From: a virus
Lineage: Duplodnaviria > Caudoviricetes
Direction: 5' to 3' (one strand)
DNA length: 26,545 nt
Virus record (IMG/VR): IMGVR_UViG_3300043442_000082
Coordinates: 1 to 26,545 of that record
In this document: positions 8,564 to 15,189 of the stretch, piece by piece
How positions within the stretch are numbered: position 1 is the stretch's first letter
Layout of the letters: every line of letters starts with the position of its first letter
Made by a program: the position numbers and the translations under genes
Notes under the pieces: generated by a model
The model's input: only the letters and a program-made list of their open reading frames with translations
What the model was told of the DNA's origin: nothing
Database searches by the model: none

Positions 8564-9688
8564 TTACCTCACTGGGTCAAAGATTGCTGCGGAATACACA
8601 TTCCCCATTCCAGCGGCAAGACTAAGGATCAGCCCATCAGGAGTCTCGCAGTCCTCGGACAGAAAAATATCGTCTTTTTCTGTGCGGTTAGGAATAGCAG
8701 GTACAACACCATAAACCAGATTGTCAAGCAAAAGTAGCGTTTCAAGCAAGCCCGAAGCGCCCATTGTGTGACCTATTTTTGGCTTAAATGACGTTGCCAC
8801 AAAGTCACTCAAAGTATCCATCAATGCTAACTTTTCCGACACATTATTGGATTCCGTGCCAGTGCCGTGTGTCTTCACGATTTTGATGTCAGTAGGGAAA
8901 ACTTCCCCATACCGCATCGCACCTTCAATCGCATCCACATAGCCTTTACCATCGGGTGCTTGGCCTATGGCGTTGTTCCACTTCTCTGCCGCATGGTAGG
9001 CACCCACCAGCCTAGCTTTAGGAGTCAGGCCATAGTGGTTGACTTCGCCCTCTGTTTGCAAAACAGCAAAGACAGCACCCTGACCGACGTAAAACCCACC
9101 ATTTCTGCTATCAAAGGCGCTCGGCACGATGTCTTTGGTAGTCTCTTCAGCCAAAGTTAAACAGGCACCAGAGTCACCAAAGAATTGCAATACAGAATTG
9201 GATACGGCGTCTTCAACGGAAAGGATGATGAAGCGGGTAAAGCCAAAGGCTTCTAGCATCAGGCAGTCCATCATGACTTTCAGGCTAGAAGCGCAGGCAG
9301 TGGAGTCTGTGGCTATGTAATCTGGTTGGCAGATCATATTTGCCAGCCTGCCAGCCATGACTTGCGTTAGCGTAAAGGGCAGAAACTTATACTCATAGTG
9401 CAACTGCGTGTGCGTTTGGTTTTTGCGTGGATTGATGCCAGCAAAATGTGCATTGCCTGCTGCCAGAATGAAGGCAGTCTTGCCTAGTGCCGGGTTTCCC
9501 CGCAACCATTCCAGTGTTGCTGGTGCCATGACCATGTTGGCAAGGTTATGCGGCGGGTATTTGAACCCTTGTTTGGCACCTTGATAGCTTTCCGGTATGA
9601 AATGCACACGCTGTGGGTGCAAAATATCTTCCATCAGCGTCGTTTGAGGGTTGGATACGGTATGCCCGTAGGTTAGGAATAGGCTCAT
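8564..9688 (-). CDS. beta-ketoacyl-ACP synthase (FabF/FabB-like ketosynthase)
   Basis: Catalytic motifs STAC132ASS, KTH274GTGT and SFK302PKIGH307TMGASG. SAFDSRNGGFYVGQGAVFAVLQ matches the family PFD..RDGFV.GEGA..LVLE pattern; C-terminal SLAAGMGN aligns with SNSFGFGG. Confidence 0.93.
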   Translation of the reverse strand: MSLFLTYGHTVSNPQTTLMEDILHPQRVHFIPESYQGAKQGFKYPPHNLANMVMAPATLEWLRGNPALGKTAFILAAGNAHFAGINPRKNQTHTQLHYEYKFLPFTLTQVMAGRLANMICQPDYIATDSTACASSLKVMMDCLMLEAFGFTRFIILSVEDAVSNSVLQFFGDSGACLTLAEETTKDIVPSAFDSRNGGFYVGQGAVFAVLQTEGEVNHYGLTPKARLVGAYHAAEKWNNAIGQAPDGKGYVDAIEGAMRYGEVFPTDIKIVKTHGTGTESNNVSEKLALMDTLSDFVATSFKPKIGHTMGASGLLETLLLLDNLVYGVVPAIPNRTEKDDIFLSEDCETPDGLILSLAAGMGNVYSAAIFDPVR

Positions 9689-9978
9689 ACCACCACCATC
9701 AAGGCAGCTTCCACATCAAAAGATGTCATTGGCGTATTGTTTACCAGAAAGTCTTTCATTTCTCGTACCGTTTCTGGTTTCATTTCTTTGCCAACAGCTT
9801 CAGGCACATCAAAAGCGTCACACAAATACATTCCAATAATCAATAAATCCAGACTATCAACATCCAGATTTTCAAAGCGTACATCTATTTCTTCAGCGTT
9901 AATTGTCGGTTTTCCGACAGGTTTTGCCAGCGCCATTGCCGCATTAAACAGGCGCAAAAAGTTTTCATCGGAAATCAT
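9685..9978 (-). CDS. acyl carrier protein
   Basis: 97 aa, acidic. FENLDVDS42LDLLIIGMYLCDAFDV...ETVREMKDFL matches the ACP pattern F.DLG.DSLD..E....LEE.F.....TV....DY; ATGA-coupled to the ketosynthase. Confidence 0.88.
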   Translation of the reverse strand: MISDENFLRLFNAAMALAKPVGKPTINAEEIDVRFENLDVDSLDLLIIGMYLCDAFDVPEAVGKEMKPETVREMKDFLVNNTPMTSFDVEAALMVVV

Positions 9979-10322
9979 GTCACCCCCAGTGTTCGTGCTA
10001 TCTGCTCATGGATCAACAAATGACTGTTTACCCAATCGTAAAAGTCATCTTCTTGGTTGAAATCCAAGTCTAGCAGATTAAAGGGGTCATTTAGGTTAAG
10101 AATAGTGGCGTAGGACTGGTGTTCTTGTTGATGTATTAACAGCCAGTCATCAAGGTCTTGCGGGTCAGCATCAATGATGGGGTAGCGTGGCACATAGAAG
10201 CCAGCGTCAGTCAGTCTTTCCCAAAAGACTTGGTGTTGGATACCGTTTTCAAATAAGAAATCGCGGAGGCTGTCCGGCTCCCCAAAGATCGGGGTAGCCA
10301 GCGCATCCATGTTCAGGCTCAT
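9975..10322 (-). CDS. acidic His-repeat protein, possible metal-binding helical bundle (115 aa)
   Basis: Three D-[W/F]-x3-[H/N]-x3-H motifs; ATGA overlaps with both neighbours. Confidence 0.7.
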   Translation of the reverse strand: MSLNMDALATPIFGEPDSLRDFLFENGIQHQVFWERLTDAGFYVPRYPIIDADPQDLDDWLLIHQQEHQSYATILNLNDPFNLLDLDFNQEDDFYDWVNSHLLIHEQIARTLGVT

Positions 10323-10540
10323 CTGTCGGCCTTCTGGTCAAGACGATCAAATATCTTGCCAAGCATTCCCTTAATCTCATGGATGTCTGATCGGTAGTCA
10401 TCTCGATTGACGTACATGATGGGCATTTCCGCAATTCTGTCCTCGATCCTGACGATTGAGCGAGAGATACTGTTCAGTATCCACCCAAAAGCGGCTCCTG
10501 CGGTCGCAAAAAGAATGTTGATGAGGAACTGCGGCTCCAC
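10319..10540 (-). CDS. small protein with N-terminal TM segment and coiled coil (73 aa)
   Basis: GTG start; FLINILFATAGAAFGWIL followed by heptad-like helices. Common phage architecture, sometimes labelled holin-like; function unverified. Confidence 0.65.
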   Translation of the reverse strand: MEPQFLINILFATAGAAFGWILNSISRSIVRIEDRIAEMPIMYVNRDDYRSDIHEIKGMLGKIFDRLDQKADR

Positions 10541-10542
10541 TG

Positions 10543-11265
10543 TCAGACTCCGTAATAAGGGATTTTCTTGGCGTTTCCGTTGACATAGACTGTGATGTAA
10601 CCTTCCGGCGCTAATGGCAAGCTAGGATCAGGCATTGCCGCTGTGTTGCTGGTTGCTAGGTTGGCATAAAGGTTGGATGTTACCGTGACATTGGCAAGCG
10701 TTGCATCACCGCCTGTAATGACTACCGCATTGGCATTTTGCGTTGCCATTGTGCCAAGGCCAGAGACATTGGCTGTAGAAATAGCAATGGCGACATTGGC
10801 TGCGCTAGTAATCCGACCTTGCGCATCTATTGTGATTTGCGAAACATCCGTTGCCGTACCGTAACTACCTGCCGCAACAGCAGTGTTGGCAAGGGTAATG
10901 GTGACGTTGCCAGTAAGCGCACCACCACCCGTTAGCCCAGTGCCAGCAATGACGTTGACAGTATTTGCGGCTGCACCGACATTGGCTGCATTTAAGACAA
11001 CCGCGCCAACCTGACCATTGACTGACGTTACCGTGTCACTCTGATCAATCTTTTGCCAAACCGCGCCATTAAAGATTGCCCAGTCACCAATCTGCCAATC
11101 CGTAATGCCATCTAAATCTGTGCTGCCAGCAACATTAACAACATAATAATCACCGTTGACACCAGTGCTGGAAGTAAGCGTAGGCGAGTTGGTATTGGCA
11201 TTCCAAGTACCCTTATACGTTAAGCCCGATGTACCACCACCAACAGTGACTACGGTTTTTAACAT
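10543..11265 (-). CDS. putative tail fibre/virion structural protein (240 aa)
   Basis: Fibre-type motifs YKGTWNANTNSPTL..GDYYVV..GDWAIFNGAVWQKID, VTSVNGQVGAVVL, AGTGLTGGG, ITIDAQGRITSA, LGTMATQNANAV. Confidence 0.75.
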   Translation of the reverse strand: MLKTVVTVGGGTSGLTYKGTWNANTNSPTLTSSTGVNGDYYVVNVAGSTDLDGITDWQIGDWAIFNGAVWQKIDQSDTVTSVNGQVGAVVLNAANVGAAANTVNVIAGTGLTGGGALTGNVTITLANTAVAAGSYGTATDVSQITIDAQGRITSAANVAIAISTANVSGLGTMATQNANAVVITGGDATLANVTVTSNLYANLATSNTAAMPDPSLPLAPEGYITVYVNGNAKKIPYYGV

Positions 11266-11293
11266 GATGTCATTCCTTTAACGCTATGACGGT

Positions 11294-11623
11294 TTATAAA
11301 CCATCGCCGGGCGTAATGTAAACCGACGTACTGCCAGAAGCAGTAATGCCAGTAAAGTAAGCGTTTGGCACGAATGTCAAAATTTCGTCAGTGCCGGGAA
11401 GCAAAGGTAAAGCAGCGCCAGTAGTTGTTACTATTGCAGCATTAGTATTTGCTTCTGTAGCCGTTGTGCCATAGCCAAGAAATACAGTCACAGAGCCGGG
11501 GTTAATAATTCGGTACTGGTTGCCACCTAGCGTTGTAGAAGCTGCTTGCACTGGCGTAGGCGCAGTGGTTGCAGCCGTAAAAACAACCGTGTTGCCTAGC
11601 TTGGTAAAGGCTTGAATACCCAT
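11294..11623 (-). CDS. putative virion structural protein (109 aa, Thr/Ala-rich)
   Basis: TAATG overlap with the upstream gene; beta-strand-rich composition; located in the tail module. Confidence 0.65.
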   Translation of the reverse strand: MGIQAFTKLGNTVVFTAATTAPTPVQAASTTLGGNQYRIINPGSVTVFLGYGTTATEANTNAAIVTTTGAALPLLPGTDEILTFVPNAYFTGITASGSTSVYITPGDGL

Positions 11624-11994
11624 TAGATACCCCCTTCAGTTTCTACCCACGACGTTGTAGCCTCATCCCACGAATAGCGCTTTCCATCTTCAGGCATAGG
11701 CACTGGCGCAACCCACTGGCAAACATCAGGATCAAGGTTCCAGCTTGCATAAGGACGAGGTGGCGCAAAACCGTCAATTGGCGTAGGCATATAACTATAG
11801 CCAATACCAGCAAAGTTTTTACGGAAGTTGCCGTTATAGCTAGTTTGTTTCCATGTGCCGCCAAATAAACGCTCACAGAAGGCTGCGCCTATGTATTCCT
11901 TCTCAACGCCATTGGCATCGCTTGTGTCTTTGTTATCCACCACAATGACACGCAACACCACGTTGTTGCTATCAAGTTCAGCAAAGTGCGCCAT
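11623..11994 (-). CDS. phage protein, probably tail-fibre associated (123 aa)
   Basis: MAHFAELD.NNVVLRVIVV...WKQTSYN.NFRKNFAGIGYSY...F.PP.PY.SW...W.APVPMP...WDE....W; a family I recall next to Gly-rich fibre genes in aquatic phages. Confidence 0.7.
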   Translation of the reverse strand: MAHFAELDSNNVVLRVIVVDNKDTSDANGVEKEYIGAAFCERLFGGTWKQTSYNGNFRKNFAGIGYSYMPTPIDGFAPPRPYASWNLDPDVCQWVAPVPMPEDGKRYSWDEATTSWVETEGGI

Positions 11995-12597
11995 TCAAGC
12001 CTCCAATTTCAAACCAGTCAACGACATCTCATCCCCAACAATGCCAACTGGGAACGTATTAAAACTCATGCTTATCCGCACATCTTCACCCTGAACTGTC
12101 GGCACGTTATGCTCAAGCGACGAAGGAAACAGAATCAGCCGCCCTTTCACCGCCTCAAACCACCACGATTCTGAGTTGTACAAGTTCCAGTTTTCAGGTG
12201 GGAACTTGATTTGTTGCCAGCCTGAACGATAAAAGTAAATACGGTCATCCGGGTTAGTATTCAGATAGAACACACCAGATACAAAACTATTCGGATGAGC
12301 GTGTTTGTGATGCCACTGACCTTGCTCTGAATAGTTAAACCAAGACTGAGTGATTCTCAAATCAACGTCGTGTTTTGGATCGCTAGTTGCCTTAAAGTAT
12401 TCAGCAACGCAGCCCTCTACCCAATCCCGCAAAGAAGTCATCACTGGATCGCGCAGCACAAAGTTGTTTACGCTAGTCGTGTTGCCCTCATTTGCTCTAG
12501 TTTCCTGACCGCGAACAAACAACAGTTCCTCATCGGTAAATTCTCGATCTAAGTCGAACATACCGATTGGCGTAGGAAACAGGTTGTGCATATTCAT
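11995..12597 (-). CDS. 2OG-Fe(II) oxygenase (TIGR02466-like)
   Basis: LFPTPI at N-terminus, QSWFN, HKHAHPNSFVSGVFY (HxH), LILFPSSLEHNV (distal His), RISMSFN (2OG-binding RxS). Start moved to ATG at 12597, which forms an ATGA overlap. Confidence 0.9.
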   Translation of the reverse strand: MNMHNLFPTPIGMFDLDREFTDEELLFVRGQETRANEGNTTSVNNFVLRDPVMTSLRDWVEGCVAEYFKATSDPKHDVDLRITQSWFNYSEQGQWHHKHAHPNSFVSGVFYLNTNPDDRIYFYRSGWQQIKFPPENWNLYNSESWWFEAVKGRLILFPSSLEHNVPTVQGEDVRISMSFNTFPVGIVGDEMSLTGLKLEA

Positions 12598-12845
12598 GCG
12601 AGTGCCTTTTCTAGTTCTTCTTCCTCTTGCTTCTGCTGCTCTAGCTGCTCCGGCAACCAAATTGTCGGTATGCTTTCCTCAAACTCTTTAATCTTATCCA
12701 TTACCCAACACACTTCTTCTATTGATGGGCAAGGTCTAGGATCATCCCAACGGGTAAACACGTTGTTAGAAATTTCCCATTTAGCATTAGGACGCAACAT
12801 CTGCATCGCTACGTCAATGCCATAGAACCTGTATATTTTCTTCAT
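12594..12845 (-). CDS. hypothetical protein, possible fibre assembly chaperone (83 aa)
   Basis: Immediately follows the Gly-rich fibre gene; LRPNAKW...WDDPRPCPS..E pattern recalled from small fibre-adjacent proteins. Confidence 0.6.
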   Translation of the reverse strand: MKKIYRFYGIDVAMQMLRPNAKWEISNNVFTRWDDPRPCPSIEEVCWVMDKIKEFEESIPTIWLPEQLEQQKQEEEELEKALA

Positions 12846-12847
12846 GG

Positions 12848-14500
12848 TTAGTTGAGTTTGATAATTACGATACCAGAGCCACCAGCCGATGCTGGATTAC
12901 CAGTTCCAGATTCGCTACTACCACCACCACCACCGCCTGTATTTGCCGTTCCAGCGCTTGATGGACTGTTACCGTCTGCACCGTTGCCACCTCCTCCTAA
13001 ACCACCAGAGCCAAAGTTTGATGTGACATCTTCTGCGCCACCACCACCGCCACCGGCATAATAAACAGATGAGCCTGAAATAGAAGAAGCTGTTCCATCA
13101 CCACCATTACCAGCGTTATAGGGAGATGTGCTGCTTCCAATACCACCAACAGCACTAGCACCCCCGCCACCACCAGACGCATCAAATCCAGTAATACCAC
13201 CAGCATTACCCCCAGCTTTCCCTTGTCCAACATAACCACTTCCCGCTGCTCCTGATCGTCCACCACCACCACCGCCAGAACCGCCTGGATTGCCAGCGTT
13301 GCCGGTTCCAGAACTGCCGCCACCTCCACCGCCACCATCAGATGTAATAGTGCTAAAAATAGAATTGCTTCCATCCCCACCATTAGCCGTTGTTCCACCA
13401 ACTGCGCCGCCGCCACCTACAGTTATGGTGTAAGTCGTTCCAGCGGTTACAGATAGTCCTGTGCCTGTTTTAAAACCACCCGCACCACCACCTCCACCAG
13501 AACTACTTGTGCCGATCCCATTTCCCCCCGCACCACCACCAGCCACGACTAGATAATCAACGCTAGTCACACCTGTTGGGCAAGTCCATTGAGATGAGCC
13601 TTTGAATACGAGTACATTGCTTGTTGGTACTGCATACTTGATGATGACGATACCGGAGCCGCCTGCGCCGCCATTACCAAAACTTGCTGTTGGGTTGTAA
13701 TATGCCCCACCACCACCACCACCACCAGTGTTAGCTGTTCCAGCGGTTCCATTAACTTGCCCACTAGCACCATTACCTCCTGCGCCGCCGCCGCCAGTAC
13801 CACCAGTGCCGCCTGTTGTTGACGGAGCGCGATTATCTGCCCCACCACCGCCACCACCCGCATAAGTTACAGACGAGCCGCTAATTGATGAGGATGTTCC
13901 ATTGCCGCCATTACCAGCGTTATTTGGAACAGCAGATGCGCCAGCAGCGGTAGCCCCACCACCACCACCACCTAAGCCATAAAGAGAAGAACCCTCACCA
14001 TTGCCACCGTTGTTGCCTTGGGAGGGAGATGTTGATGGCGTGTTTCCTGTTCCACCTGTGCCGCCGTTATATGGTGGAACACCTAAAGCAGCAGCACCGC
14101 CACCAGAACCGCCATTCCCACCATTATGGTTTGGTGAGCTTGTATGACTACCGCCTCCACCACCACCATTAGATGTTATTGTGCTAAATACAGAATTTGA
14201 ACCAGTTGTGCCTCTTGCTCCACCAGTTGCTCCAGCGCCCCCACCGCCAACAGTGACGGTATATGTTGTTCCCGCTGTTACTGATAGTGCAGTACCAGTA
14301 CGAAACCCACCAGCACCACCGCCGCCACCAAAGTATCCACCGCCACCACCACCAGCGACAACAAGGTAGTCCACCTGCGTCACACCGTCAGGACAAGTCC
14401 ATGTGCCAGTGGCATTAAAGGTTTCGATAATAGTTAACGCCCCGCCGCCACCTCCGGCAGCGCCGTAACCCATCAAAAGTGCTTGTAGGATGCCTGTCAT
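12848..14500 (-). CDS. glycine-rich tail fibre/receptor-binding protein with two tandem Gly-rich domains (550 aa)
   Basis: Two copies of WTCP.GVT.VDYLVVAGGG.GG...GGGGAGGF.TGT.LSVTAGTTYT.TVGGGGA...AGTANTGGGGGG...GGSGIVIIK. Start moved to ATG at 14500 (ATGA overlap). Confidence 0.85.
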   Translation of the reverse strand: MTGILQALLMGYGAAGGGGGALTIIETFNATGTWTCPDGVTQVDYLVVAGGGGGGYFGGGGGAGGFRTGTALSVTAGTTYTVTVGGGGAGATGGARGTTGSNSVFSTITSNGGGGGGSHTSSPNHNGGNGGSGGGAAALGVPPYNGGTGGTGNTPSTSPSQGNNGGNGEGSSLYGLGGGGGGATAAGASAVPNNAGNGGNGTSSSISGSSVTYAGGGGGGADNRAPSTTGGTGGTGGGGAGGNGASGQVNGTAGTANTGGGGGGGAYYNPTASFGNGGAGGSGIVIIKYAVPTSNVLVFKGSSQWTCPTGVTSVDYLVVAGGGAGGNGIGTSSSGGGGGAGGFKTGTGLSVTAGTTYTITVGGGGAVGGTTANGGDGSNSIFSTITSDGGGGGGGSSGTGNAGNPGGSGGGGGGRSGAAGSGYVGQGKAGGNAGGITGFDASGGGGGASAVGGIGSSTSPYNAGNGGDGTASSISGSSVYYAGGGGGGAEDVTSNFGSGGLGGGGNGADGNSPSSAGTANTGGGGGGSSESGTGNPASAGGSGIVIIKLN

Positions 14501-15189
14501 GACAAGCCTGCTCCCGAAATAATCCACGACGTATTGGTAATCTTGACGCAGGTGGCAACACCGTTAGCAGTCAAGGTGCGTGAAGCCGTGTTAGCTGAGT
14601 TTGCCAACGTCATGGTGTCAGTCGTAATCGCAATGGTCACGTTATTGGCAGAGCCATTGATGATGGTAACTGCCGTGCCAATGCTGAATGACACATTCGA
14701 GTTTGCCGGGAACGTATAAGTTGCCGCAGCCTGACCAGCAGGGTGATAAATATGCTTACCCGCATCACCCAACACAATGTTGTAGTTGCTGTTTTGGCTA
14801 TTCTGTGGAACGCCCATGTAGCCAACAACACTAACGCTATCAGATACCGCATTACCAACAGTCGTGTTAGAAACAGAAGCGTTTGTCATGCTTCCGCTAG
14901 TAATTGTCACATTAGCCAGTGTCAGATTTCCGACACTTGAAACTGTCGTGCCTAACGTCGCTGTCGTATTTCCGATAACAACATTACTGTTTGCCAGAAA
15001 GTTGTTTGGAAAGGCAGTCGCTACGCCACTAATCGTGACGTTGGCAAACGTCATATTGTTTAGCGTCGATACCGAGTTGCCAAGCTGAATTGCAGTATTA
15101 CCTAGCGTAATCGCTGTGGCAAAGTTGGCATCCAGTTGCGATAACGGAATCGTCGCCGTTGCATTTGCAAATATATTAGGTACTGGCAT
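14497..15189 (-). CDS. putative tail fibre/spike protein (230 aa)
   Basis: N-terminal IPLSQLDANF anchor-like motif, Asn/Thr-rich beta repeats, C-terminal module (GDAGKHI..FP.N..V.F.IGTAVTIIN..TCVKI....WIISG). Confidence 0.7.
   Translation of the reverse strand: MPVPNIFANATATIPLSQLDANFATAITLGNTAIQLGNSVSTLNNMTFANVTISGVATAFPNNFLANSNVVIGNTTATLGTTVSSVGNLTLANVTITSGSMTNASVSNTTVGNAVSDSVSVVGYMGVPQNSQNSNYNIVLGDAGKHIYHPAGQAAATYTFPANSNVSFSIGTAVTIINGSANNVTIAITTDTMTLANSANTASRTLTANGVATCVKITNTSWIISGAGLS

Noticed and set aside
8564-9978. ACP and KS as a host chromosomal fragment or assembly chimera
   Set aside because: Both genes are joined to phage-type neighbours by overlaps or a 2-nt gap, are divergent from housekeeping AcpP/FabF, and lack flanking fabG/fabD. 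Read mapping would be the final check.
11269-11290. GTCAT-N12-ATGAC inverted repeat around the SD of the 240-aa fibre gene
   Set aside because: A 5-bp stem with a long loop is too weak to distinguish from chance.
12848-14430. Duplicated fibre domain considered as a diversity-generating retroelement template/variable repeat pair
   Set aside because: Differences include indels and are not adenine-specific, both copies are coding, and no reverse transcriptase is in the window.
14497-15189. Many N-x-S/T sequons in the fibre protein (12 of about 31 Asn by hand count), suggesting N-glycosylation
   Set aside because: The protein is very Ser/Thr-rich, so many sequons are expected by chance, and Asn ladders in beta-rich fibres explain the pattern. 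A formal enrichment test would be needed.
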